This document shows positions 35,948-44,838 of a DNA stretch of 64,000 nt, piece after piece. The notes below the pieces were generated by a model. It was not told the DNA's origin. It did no database searches and saw only the letters and a list, made by a program, of their open reading frames with translations. This DNA comes from an uncultured delta proteobacterium (GTDB lineage Bacteria; Myxococcota; Myxococcia; Myxococcales; Myxococcaceae). Each line of letters starts with the position of its first letter. Within the stretch, counting starts at the first letter, position 1. The position numbers and the translations under genes are program-made. The stretch lies in contig CAVYSY010000032.1 of the NCBI GenBank assembly GCA_963771175.1, positions 637,766-701,765 on the forward strand. Reading direction: 5' to 3'.

Positions 35948-37381
35948 ATGGCAGGCGGCTTTTTCAGGTTTTTCAGTGGTGCGGTTCTCTCTCTCGGTGT
36001 CATGGCCACCGGCTGTGGCGCGCCCGAGGGTGGGCGTGACGGCGCGCAGGCCATCGCTTCGGCGGCCCAGGCTTCCGAGCTGCGCATCGTGACTCCAGAG
36101 GCGCGGACGATGTCCGAGGAGGCCCTGTCCGCGCTGCGGCAGTCCATCCAGGCCCGTCCGGACCTCGCGGGCCCCGTGTCCCTCATCAGCCTGCGTCAGG
36201 AGGGCGCCTGGGCACTCGGCACGCTGACCACGACGGACCTGTCCCGTCCGCTGCCCGAGGGCGAGGAGTCCCACCTGAGCTTCGAGACCTTCCGCGCCGT
36301 GCTCCTGGTGAAGACCGGGGAGGGCTGGCAGGCGGCGATCGAGGGCGACGAGAACGTCCAGGCGCTGCTCGCGCGGGTGCCTGAGTCCGAGCTGGTGCCG
36401 TCCGCCCGGGAGGCCCTCTTCAAGCGCGGGGATCAGCTCCAGCAGCAGGTCCAGGCCCAGGCCTACTCGGGCTACAAGTTCTTCTGGCCGGCGGGGGTCG
36501 CCTTCCAGGTGACGCAGAGCTGGCATGACACCTACACCTGGGGCGGGCGCTTCCCGGCCAGCACCAGCCTGGACTTCGACGTGGTGGGCGCGGCCAACTC
36601 GGACATCCTCGCGGGGGCCCCGGGCACCGTCACCTACGTGTGCAACGACGGCACGCAGGTGCTGCTGGGTATCACCACCAGCGGCACCACGGAGCAGCTC
36701 GGCTACCTTCACCTCGACAGCGCCACCGTGGCCGCGGCTGGCATCGGCCAGGGCTCGGTGGTCACCCTGGGCAAGAAGCTCGGGCGCATGGTGAATTCGG
36801 ATGGCGGCTCCGTCATCACCAGCTGCGGTCAGTCTTACGGCACCCACCTGCACATGTACTTCCCGTACAAGCCCATCACCATCGACGGGAAGACCTTCTC
36901 CGACAGCAACGTCAACTGGGGCGTCAACCTCTACTCGAGCCAGGGCAGCGGCGGCGGGACGACGGAAGTCATCGTCGATGATACGAGCGCCGGCTTCACG
37001 AAGTTCGGCCCGACCTCGTACTGGTACCAGGCCTCCATCGGCTATGGCTCGCACATGTGGTACACGTATGTGAATGGCTCCACGAAGAGCAACTATGCGC
37101 AGTGGAAGCCGTCCCTGCCAGGCGCTGGCACCTACACGGTGTATGTGTATGTCCCGAACAACTACGCCACGTCGCAGCAGGCGCAGTACCGCATCTACCA
37201 CAACGGTACGAACAACTACGCGACGGTGAACCAGAACGCGTACTACAGCGCCTGGGTGAGCCTCGGCGCGCACTACTTCTCCGGCAACGGCACCGAGTAC
37301 GTGGAGCTGAGCGATGCCACCGGCGAAGCGGCGAGCACGTACCGGATGATTGGCTTCGACGCGGTGAAGTTCGTGAAGTAG
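35948..37381 (+). CDS. M23 (LasA-like) metallopeptidase lipoprotein with golvesin/CBM-like C-terminal domain
   Basis: Lipobox ATGC; QSWH..SLDFD, YLHL, GTHLH Zn motifs; tail VIVDD..GTYTVYVYVP..W.SLG..FDAVKF. Confidence 0.75.
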   Translation: MAGGFFRFFSGAVLSLGVMATGCGAPEGGRDGAQAIASAAQASELRIVTPEARTMSEEALSALRQSIQARPDLAGPVSLISLRQEGAWALGTLTTTDLSRPLPEGEESHLSFETFRAVLLVKTGEGWQAAIEGDENVQALLARVPESELVPSAREALFKRGDQLQQQVQAQAYSGYKFFWPAGVAFQVTQSWHDTYTWGGRFPASTSLDFDVVGAANSDILAGAPGTVTYVCNDGTQVLLGITTSGTTEQLGYLHLDSATVAAAGIGQGSVVTLGKKLGRMVNSDGGSVITSCGQSYGTHLHMYFPYKPITIDGKTFSDSNVNWGVNLYSSQGSGGGTTEVIVDDTSAGFTKFGPTSYWYQASIGYGSHMWYTYVNGSTKSNYAQWKPSLPGAGTYTVYVYVPNNYATSQQAQYRIYHNGTNNYATVNQNAYYSAWVSLGAHYFSGNGTEYVELSDATGEAASTYRMIGFDAVKFVK

Positions 37382-37471
37382 TGCGGCACGGGCTCACGGG
37401 TCTCACACGCCGTATGGCCTCCGTGAAGAAGAAGCGCTACAAGCAAGCCCTTCTCTCTTCCCGGAGGCCCC

Positions 37472-37963
37472 ATGGCCAACGACATCAAGTCCATCGATAT
37501 CGGCGTGAGCGTGCAGATGATGGACGGCACCCCCTGCGCTACCTGGTCCTTCGACGAGGAGAAGGGTGACGGGGACGCCACCCAGGTGAAGCTCTACAGC
37601 GGGCAGGAGTACCGGGTGACGTACCGGCTGCGCGATGCCTCCTCCTGGAGCCTCTATGCGGTATCGCTGCGCAGGGTTTCCGACTCCAACGCCGGCTTCG
37701 TGACCCTCACCCAAGGCGAGACGACGCAACCCCAGCAGCTTCCGGATGGAGCCGGGACGCTGACCGTCAGGGTGTTCAATCCGGACGCGGTCACCCTGGA
37801 CATCTCGAACGAGCTGTCCTCCGGCAGCGAGTCTCTCACTCTGGGCCTGTCCTTGACGGTATCCGCCAGGAAATCCCAGGGAACCCCCAAGCAGTCGAGC
37901 CAGGATCCGCAGATGGTCCTCGAGCCGAATCCCCCGCCGCCCCCCACGCTCGTGGGAGCCTGA
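37472..37963 (+). CDS. Hypothetical protein, possibly DP-EP (DUF1888) family
   Basis: RBS GGAGG; small beta-rich protein ending SQDPQMVLEPNPPPP. Confidence 0.5.
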   Translation: MANDIKSIDIGVSVQMMDGTPCATWSFDEEKGDGDATQVKLYSGQEYRVTYRLRDASSWSLYAVSLRRVSDSNAGFVTLTQGETTQPQQLPDGAGTLTVRVFNPDAVTLDISNELSSGSESLTLGLSLTVSARKSQGTPKQSSQDPQMVLEPNPPPPPTLVGA

Positions 37964-37987
37964 CAGGCGTCGGGTGCGAAGGAGCCG

Positions 37988-40900
37988 CTACCGACCCTCT
38001 CGAGTCGAGAAGGCGCCTCCTCCAGCGACGAGCGAGCGGCGGACACGCAACGACTCCTCGTCCGCGTATCCCATCCTGTCCAGCGCCTCGAGCAACGGGC
38101 GGGCCTCGTCCTCGCGGCCAAGCCCCAGCAGCAGCCGGGCCCGGACGTCGAGCGCATGCGGCTCCGGGGATTGCTCCTCGGGGCCGAGTAATGCGAGTGC
38201 CTCTTCCCATGCCGTGCGTGCACGCGAGGAGGCTCCGGCGCGAGCCTCGAGCAGCCCGAGCTGCCACAGGCCGGACGCCCGCCACAGCGAGAAGTTGCGC
38301 TCCGCCGGAGCCTCCGCACACAGCTTCTCCAGCACCGCCAGGGCTTCCCGCAGGTGGCCGCGAGCCCGCGCCTCCTGGCCCTGCGCCCCATCCACGGCCG
38401 CGAGCGACATGTGGCCGCGCGCCAGCGCGAAACGCCACCCCCGGTGCTCGGGCGACTTCGCCAGGAGCTCCGTGGCGGTGCGCAGCTCCTTGTCGAACAG
38501 GGAGCGCGCGGTGGCCAGGTTCCCCAGCACCCGGTGGCAGCGGCCCACCTTCTCGTAGCGAATCAGCAGCTCGCCACGCCACGTGACGTTCTCCGCGTCA
38601 TGCTCGGCGAGGCGCCGGGCCATATCGAGCTCCGCCTCGTACTGCGCCAGCGCGCCGCGCGTGTCCCCCTGGAAGAGCAGGATGTCCCCCACGTGGCTGC
38701 GGGCAATCCCCAGCAGGCGCCGCAGGCCCGCGTCTTCCGGCGCCCCGGCGGCCAGGGACTCCAGGAGCGTGAGGTTCTGCCGGAACCACTTCAGCGCCTC
38801 GGGCAGCGCCCCCCGGCTCCTCGCGGCGTCACCGAGCTTCGCGTACACCTGGGCCAGCTCGCGCTGGAGCAGCACGTCGTCCGGACGCTGCGCGCGCAAC
38901 GTCTCCATGATGGTGGCGCTCGCGCCCAGGGCGCTGCTCGCCGCCTGGACGTCTCCCAGGAGTTGCTGGATGGAGGCGATGTTGCTGTGCGCGTAGGCGA
39001 GCTCCAGCTGCCAGTCGGTATTGCGCGCATCCATCGTCACCAGACGCCGCGAGACGTCGAGGTAGGCCTCGAAGTGCCGCAAGGCGCCTTTCAAATCCTT
39101 CTGCTGCGTCAGCGCGAAGCCCACCCAGTACTCGCTCTGGCCGAGCGCGAACAGCCACGCGCCATTGTCCGGCTCACGCGCCACGAGACCTCGGGCCACC
39201 TGGAGCGACTCGAGAAAGGCCCGCGAGGCCTCCGCGAACCGCCCCTGGCCGAAGCGCACCTGACCGATCTGCCCCAGCACCTTGGAGCGCTGCATCAGCT
39301 CCTCGGAGGACTGCTCCTCTTCCGGCACCGTGGCGAGGTACTCCAGCGCCTTGTCACCCACGTCCTGCAGGATGCCGAGCCTGCCGAGGGGCTCGAGCTT
39401 GCCGTACAGGTCTCCCAACATGAAGGAGATGAGCCGATCCGCCTGATGCCGCCGCAACTCCGCCTCCGCACGGGCGGCCTGCGCCTGCTCCCCGGCACGG
39501 ACCGCACGCAGGGCGAAGACAGACACCACCGCGAGCATGAGGGACAGCGCGGCGGCCCCCCACCCGGCCAGCGCGCGGCGCCTCCGGGCCTGCTCGAGCG
39601 CGAGCCGGGTGCGCCGTTCCGCCTCGCGTTGTGCGCGGCGCCGCTCGAGGCTTCTCAACCGCTCGGCCACCTCGCGCGCATCGCTCGTGCGCCGCCCCGG
39701 GTCGCCATCCACGAAGCAGGCGATGTCCTCGGCCAGCAGCGCGTCCTCCACGTTCCGCTGCCAGCCGGGCGCGAGCAGGCGCGAGAAGTCCCCCACCACC
39801 ATTTGATAGAGCAGCACGCCCAGGGAGTAGATGTCGGCCTGGAGGGTGGCGTGCTGGCCACTCATCAGCTCGGGGGCGAGATAGCGCAGCGTTCCGGCGT
39901 CATGGCTCGCTCCCGGCCCATCGGCGGAGGTGAAGCCAAGCGCGGTGATGCCCTGGGCCTCCAGCACGCTCCGGTCCGTGAGCAGGCCAATGCCGAAGTC
40001 CGTGAGGCGGATGGACGGAGGGCCCCCGGGGACGGAGTGGACGAGCACGTTGGCCGGTTTGATGTCCTTGTGGAGGATGCCCACCGAGTGGGCCGCGGCG
40101 AGCGCGGTGGCCACCTGCGCGACCAGCTCCAACCGGGTCCCGAGCGGCACCTCGCCCAGTCCACCCTGGCGCGCCGCCCAGTCGATGAGCGAGCCGCCCG
40201 CGGTGTACTCGGACTCGAGGAAGTAGGGAGGAGCGTCGAAGCTCCAGTCGAGGATGCGGGCGATGTCCTCGCGCTCGCCCAAGGCCTCCTTGAGAAGGCG
40301 GAAGAGCGTCACCTCGCGCTGCAGCGCACGGAGCCGCTCGGCCTCGAAGCAGAACTTGAAGACCCGGCGCTCGCCGGTGACCGCGTGCGCCGCCAGCCAC
40401 ACCTCGCCAAAGCCACCCTCCCCCAGCCGCTCCAGGAGCCGCCAGTGGGGACGGCGCGGCAGGGCCTGTCCCTCCTCGGGCCGCCAGTCTGGCATCGACG
40501 CGTCGCCGGACGCGGGCACATCCGGGGCGGAGGCGGGTGAGACGGGAGCCACCACGGCATCCCGGGCGTGCGACGCGGTGGGCTCGTCACCGGACAGCTC
40601 CCCCGATGCCGGAGTGGACCGCGGTAGCTCCCCCTCGCCAGAGAGGGGCGGAGCCTCCACTGGAACCCGGGCGGCCAGCGCCGCGAGCTCCGCTGCCACC
40701 AGGCGCGCGCTCTGGGGCCGGCGCTCGGGCTCCTTCTCGAGCAACCGCTCGACGAGCGCCACCAGCTCTCCGGGCGCTTCGGGCCTCGACTCCGTGAGCG
40801 GCACGGGCGCCTCGCTCGTCACCCGCCGCAACGTGTCGAGCATGTTGGCCCCCCGGAAGGGCGAGCGGCCCGTGACGAGCTCATAGAGGAGCACGCCGAG

Positions 40901-41500
40901 CGCGAAGATGTCCGAGCGGTGGTCCACGGAGCGGCCACTGGCCTGCTCGGGTGACATGGCGTGGACCGTGCCGAGCAGCACGCCCTCTTGCGTCAGCGCG
41001 GGCGACGGGGAACTGCCCCACAGTGGCAGCGCCAGACCGAAGTCGAGAATCTTCGCCTGACCCGCGGACGTGACGAGGACGTTCTCCGCCTTGAGATCCC
41101 GGTGCACCAGGCCCTTGGCGTGGGCCTCGCCCAGACCGTCGGCGACCGCGCTGGCGAGCCGCAGGGCCTGGGCGAGCGCGAGCGGCCCCCGCTTCAGGAG
41201 CGCCGCCACCGACTCCCCGGCGACGTACTCCATGACGATGCAGTCGCCGTGCTCGGTGTCGAGGATGTCGTAGATCTGGACGATGGCGGGATGGTTGAGG
41301 CGTGCGGCGGCCTGCGCCTCCCGGCGGAAGCGGGCGCGGGCCTGCGCCTCGATGGGGCCATCCGCGCGGATGCGCTTGAGGGCGACGTGACGATGCAGGC
41401 GCTCGTCGTAGGCGAGATAGACCTCGCCCATCCCACCACGGCCGAGCAGAGACTCGATGCGGTATCCACCCAGGCGGAAGATGTCGGGAGTCTCGCTCAT
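37988..41500 (-). CDS. Membrane Ser/Thr kinase with two tandem kinase domains, TM helix and TPR-like extracytoplasmic region
   Basis: Kinase 1: GRGGMG, VALK, HRDLKAEN, DFG, SPE. Kinase 2: GEGGFG, VFK, HKDIKPAN, DFG, APE. TM WGAAALSLMLAVVSVFAL, then helical repeats. Confidence 0.9.
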   Translation of the reverse strand: MSETPDIFRLGGYRIESLLGRGGMGEVYLAYDERLHRHVALKRIRADGPIEAQARARFRREAQAAARLNHPAIVQIYDILDTEHGDCIVMEYVAGESVAALLKRGPLALAQALRLASAVADGLGEAHAKGLVHRDLKAENVLVTSAGQAKILDFGLALPLWGSSPSPALTQEGVLLGTVHAMSPEQASGRSVDHRSDIFALGVLLYELVTGRSPFRGANMLDTLRRVTSEAPVPLTESRPEAPGELVALVERLLEKEPERRPQSARLVAAELAALAARVPVEAPPLSGEGELPRSTPASGELSGDEPTASHARDAVVAPVSPASAPDVPASGDASMPDWRPEEGQALPRRPHWRLLERLGEGGFGEVWLAAHAVTGERRVFKFCFEAERLRALQREVTLFRLLKEALGEREDIARILDWSFDAPPYFLESEYTAGGSLIDWAARQGGLGEVPLGTRLELVAQVATALAAAHSVGILHKDIKPANVLVHSVPGGPPSIRLTDFGIGLLTDRSVLEAQGITALGFTSADGPGASHDAGTLRYLAPELMSGQHATLQADIYSLGVLLYQMVVGDFSRLLAPGWQRNVEDALLAEDIACFVDGDPGRRTSDAREVAERLRSLERRRAQREAERRTRLALEQARRRRALAGWGAAALSLMLAVVSVFALRAVRAGEQAQAARAEAELRRHQADRLISFMLGDLYGKLEPLGRLGILQDVGDKALEYLATVPEEEQSSEELMQRSKVLGQIGQVRFGQGRFAEASRAFLESLQVARGLVAREPDNGAWLFALGQSEYWVGFALTQQKDLKGALRHFEAYLDVSRRLVTMDARNTDWQLELAYAHSNIASIQQLLGDVQAASSALGASATIMETLRAQRPDDVLLQRELAQVYAKLGDAARSRGALPEALKWFRQNLTLLESLAAGAPEDAGLRRLLGIARSHVGDILLFQGDTRGALAQYEAELDMARRLAEHDAENVTWRGELLIRYEKVGRCHRVLGNLATARSLFDKELRTATELLAKSPEHRGWRFALARGHMSLAAVDGAQGQEARARGHLREALAVLEKLCAEAPAERNFSLWRASGLWQLGLLEARAGASSRARTAWEEALALLGPEEQSPEPHALDVRARLLLGLGREDEARPLLEALDRMGYADEESLRVRRSLVAGGGAFSTREGR

Positions 41501-41631
41501 TTTACGACGGGCCTCCCCCGCCAGCCGGCAACCTAGTCCGCCCCCTGGAGGGCAAGCCAGTGCCGCGAAGGCAGTGGCTTGCTGAAGGGTCCGGGGAGCG
41601 GAGAGGCCCTACCTCTCATCCGACCGAGCGG

Positions 41632-42588
41632 CTAGCTGACGGTGAAGGAGAAGTCCCACAGGTTCTGCGAGACGCCCTCTCCGGTGTACGCGGTGTAGAA
41701 CTGGTTCTGGAACGTACCGAGCGCCGGCGACGTCGCGGTCGCCGCGCCGACAATCTTGCTGAACTCCACCTGGTTGCTCCATGCCGAGCCATTGAAGGCG
41801 CATCCCCAGATGGAGGCGGTGTGCGCGCCCCGGTAGATGAGGAACATCGTGTTGCCGAGCGTCGCGAGCGCCGGCGACAGGTACTCCTCCGCGCCGTTGA
41901 CCTTCTCCAGGTTCGTCTGACTGGACCAGTTCGTGCCATCGAAGGAGCAGACGTAGAGGTCGCTCCCGGTGTAGCTGGTGCTGCTGGTGCCGCCGTAGGC
42001 CATGTAGAGCCTGCCGTTGAAGGAGGCCAGGGCGGGCCCGGACGAGCTCTTCGCGTCGTTGGCGCTGGTGATCTTGGTCTGCGAGCCCCAGTTGGTCCCG
42101 TCGAAGGAGCAGCAGTAGAGGTTGCTGGAGCTGGCCCCCTTGTAGGCCATGTACAGCCGGTTGTTGTACACGGCGAGCGCCGGCGACGAGTCGCTCTCGG
42201 CGCCGTTCTGGTCGGTGATCTTCAACTGGCCCTGCCAGGTCGTCCCGTCGAAGAAGCAGCAGTAGAGGTTGCTGGAGCTGGCCCCCTTGTAGGCCATGTA
42301 CAACCGGTTGTTGTACACGGCGAGCGCCGGCGACGCGCTGCTCTCGGCGCTGTTCTGCGCCGTGATGTTGATCTGCGGCTGCCACTTGCTGCCGTCGAAG
42401 TAGCACGAATAGAGGCTCTTGGAGGTCAGCTCCCCCACATACGCCATGTAGAGGCGGTTGTTGAACGAGGCCAGGGCGGGTGCGGCGCTCGACTTGGCGG
42501 TATTCTCATCCGTGATGTTGGTCTGCTTCGAGCAGTCGACGGTGATGGTGTACGAGGAGGAGGTAGTGGCCGCGGATGCGTTCGACAT
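41632..42588 (-). CDS. Six-repeat probable beta-propeller protein without signal peptide
   Basis: About 49-aa repeats SPALA.(F/Y)NNRLYMAY.G...LY.C.FDG..W; start ATG 42588. Confidence 0.8.
   Translation of the reverse strand: MSNASAATTSSSYTITVDCSKQTNITDENTAKSSAAPALASFNNRLYMAYVGELTSKSLYSCYFDGSKWQPQINITAQNSAESSASPALAVYNNRLYMAYKGASSSNLYCCFFDGTTWQGQLKITDQNGAESDSSPALAVYNNRLYMAYKGASSSNLYCCSFDGTNWGSQTKITSANDAKSSSGPALASFNGRLYMAYGGTSSTSYTGSDLYVCSFDGTNWSSQTNLEKVNGAEEYLSPALATLGNTMFLIYRGAHTASIWGCAFNGSAWSNQVEFSKIVGAATATSPALGTFQNQFYTAYTGEGVSQNLWDFSFTVS
42107..42335 (-). repeat. Near-identical 147-bp-period intragenic duplication
   Basis: GTTGCTGGAGCTGGCCCCCTTGTAGGCCATGTACA starts at both 42121 and 42268. 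Confidence 0.85.
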
Positions 42589-42649
42589 GGTTCTTCCTGC
42601 CTTGATGGGGTTGGTACAGGTCCGCTCCGGGAGCGGCCCAAGCAGGTAG

Positions 42650-42666
42650 AGCAAGTCAGGTGCCAG
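42650..42666 (-). promoter_or_regulatory. Sigma54 (-24/-12) promoter of the propeller gene
   Basis: Minus strand CTGGCACCTGACTTGCT matches the consensus TGGCAC-N5-TTGC exactly. Confidence 0.8.
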
Positions 42667-42752
42667 CTTCTGTGGCCCAGCCGGGGAGCGCCCTCTCCCC
42701 TCGTGGGCCCTCTCTTCGTCGCTGTCGGGAGCGTCTTCGCGCCAGGCCCGCA

Positions 42753-42787
42753 CAAACCGTCGGGCGACAGGATGAAACCGTTCGGTT
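42753..42787. promoter_or_regulatory. Putative enhancer (UAS), copy A
   Basis: CAAACCGTCGGGCGA-N8-AACCGTTCGGTT; matches copy B at 46678. Confidence 0.65.
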
Positions 42788-44741
42788 AGTGCCGCACGCG
42801 TGCGGACCGAAGGGGCTCAAAAAAAAAAAAAAAAAAGCGGGAGAGCTGCGGCTTGAGGCCGAGGTTGCGGATGAGCCGGTGCAGCGAGTTGACGTGGATG
42901 CCGAGCAGGGCCGCCGCCGCGCGGTAGTCGCCCCGGGCCTTCTCCATGGCGTCGAGGATGCTCTTCTTCTTCGTGGAGGTGACCGTGGCCAGGAAGTCGC
43001 CAGGTGCGGAGCCACCGCCCTCGAGCACCTCGTCGGGCAGGTCCTCGGGTTGGATGAGCTCATCGGCGCCCAGCACCACGGCGCGCTCGATGACGTTGCC
43101 GAGCTGGCGCACGTTCCCGGGCCAATCGTAGGACTCGATGGCGCGGAGGGCGGCGGGCGAAAGGCTCACGGCGCGGTGGCGCAGCCGCTCGCCATGAAGC
43201 CGGGCGAAGTGGCGTGCCAGCAGGGGGATGTCCTCGCGCCGTTCACGCAGGGGCGGCAGGGTGAAGGAGATGACGTTGAGGCGATAGAAGAAGTCCTCGC
43301 GGAAGCGGCCTTCGCGGAGGGCCGCTTCGAGGTCCCTGTTGGTGGCGGTGATGAGGCGCACGTCGACCTGGAGGGGGCGGGTGCCGCCCACACGCTCGAA
43401 CTCGCGCTCCTGGAGCACGCGCAGGAGCCGGGCCTGGAGTGCCGGAGGGATTTCGCCCACCTCGTCGAGGAAGAGGGTGCCGCCGTGGGCCAGCTCGAGC
43501 TTGCCCTCCTTGCGAGCCACGGCGCCGGTGAACGCGCCCTTCTCGTGGCCGAACAGCTCGCTCTCCAGCAGCGTCTCCGAGAGCGTGGCGCAGTTGATGG
43601 CGACGAAGGGCGCGGCGGCGCGCGGGCTGGCCCTGTGGAGGGCGCGCGCGGCCACCTCCTTGCCCGTACCGCTCTCGCCGCGCAGCAACACCGTCGAGTC
43701 GACGGGCGCGGCACGGGAGATGAAGCGGAAGAGGCGCTGCATGGCGGCGCTCTCGCCCACCACGCCGTGCTCCAGGCCCGCCCCCTGCAAGCGCTGGTTC
43801 TCCCGCTCGAGACGGGCCAGGTGCTGGGCATTGGCCAGACCGTGGGCGGAGATGACGGCCGCCGCCGTGAGCAGCTCCAGATGGTGCTCGGTGAAAGCGT
43901 GGCCCGAGGAGGTGTCGAAGTAGAGCAGGCCCAACGGCCCCAGGCGTCCCGGCAGGGGCGCGCACAGCACCGAGCGCACGGCGGCCTCGTGCAGGCTCTC
44001 GGCCTCGCGCAACCCGCCGTCCACCGCCACGTCCGAGTACAGGCACCCCACCCCACCGTCCAGGACGCGGCTCACCAGCGTGGTGCTGACAGGAAAGGAC
44101 GTGCCGCTGGCGCCGCGCCGGTCGTGGGAGGCGGCGGCCACGGTCTCCCGGGTCCCCGGCTCGCACAGCAGGACGCTGCCGCGCTCCGCCGGAAGCACGG
44201 CCAGGAGCAGCTCGAGGACGCGCGCCGCCAGACGCTCCACCTGCTGGAGCTCGTGCACCGCGGTGCTCAATTCGAGCAGGGCCTGGAGGTCCGAGGCGAT
44301 GAGGCCGGGGCCCGGGCCCACCGCCTCGGCCAGTGCCGCCCGGAGCCGCCGCGGCTGGAGGTACAGCACGTCCTCGGGCCGTCGCTGCACGGTGCTCCAC
44401 GAGGCGGCGTCCGGAGGCGAGGCCACCGTCCCAGCGGCGAGGGCCGGCACGTCGTCGCACAGGAAGAGGAAGGAGCTGTCGCCCACCTGGAAGACATCGG
44501 TGTGCTCCAGCTGCCGCTCACGCGTGGGCACTCCATTGACGAAGGTGCCGTGGCGGCTGTCGAGGTCCCTCAGCAACCAGTGCCCGCCCGCGGTGCGGAG
44601 CTCGCAGTGGCGGCGCGACACCACCGGATCGGCGAGCCGCACCTGGCAGTCCGACTGGCGGCCGAGAACGAGGGGTTCGAGCCCGAGTTCCCAGGTGGAG
44701 CCTCGATGAGAGCCGCTCAGCGCGATGAGACGAGGGGTCAA
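42786..44741 (-). CDS. FHA-GAF-AAA+-HTH sigma54 enhancer-binding protein
   Basis: FHA ([17 protein letters not shown]), GAF (RSVLCAPL), [29 protein letters not shown]. The true stop may be at 42817-42819. Confidence 0.92.
   Translation of the reverse strand: MTPRLIALSGSHRGSTWELGLEPLVLGRQSDCQVRLADPVVSRRHCELRTAGGHWLLRDLDSRHGTFVNGVPTRERQLEHTDVFQVGDSSFLFLCDDVPALAAGTVASPPDAASWSTVQRRPEDVLYLQPRRLRAALAEAVGPGPGLIASDLQALLELSTAVHELQQVERLAARVLELLLAVLPAERGSVLLCEPGTRETVAAASHDRRGASGTSFPVSTTLVSRVLDGGVGCLYSDVAVDGGLREAESLHEAAVRSVLCAPLPGRLGPLGLLYFDTSSGHAFTEHHLELLTAAAVISAHGLANAQHLARLERENQRLQGAGLEHGVVGESAAMQRLFRFISRAAPVDSTVLLRGESGTGKEVAARALHRASPRAAAPFVAINCATLSETLLESELFGHEKGAFTGAVARKEGKLELAHGGTLFLDEVGEIPPALQARLLRVLQEREFERVGGTRPLQVDVRLITATNRDLEAALREGRFREDFFYRLNVISFTLPPLRERREDIPLLARHFARLHGERLRHRAVSLSPAALRAIESYDWPGNVRQLGNVIERAVVLGADELIQPEDLPDEVLEGGGSAPGDFLATVTSTKKKSILDAMEKARGDYRAAAALLGIHVNSLHRLIRNLGLKPQLSRFFFFFFEPLRSARVRH
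42819..42836 (+). repeat. A18 homopolymer
   Basis: 18 consecutive A in a very GC-rich context, read as FFFFFF at the end of the activator ORF. Confidence 0.9.
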
Positions 44742-44838
44742 CCGTCACACTCCTTGACGACGGAGTGGACTATAGCGCGACGGTGACCTGGAGCCGCGTG
44801 TTCAGGAAGCCCCTGGCGTCACGACGGGGCCGGGCGGC

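Noticed and set aside
41551..41565. Sigma54-like CGGCACTGGCTTGCC upstream of the dual kinase
   Set aside because: GG-to-GC spacing is 9, not the required 10, and no UAS copy is nearby. Worth rechecking only because the assembly is indel-prone.
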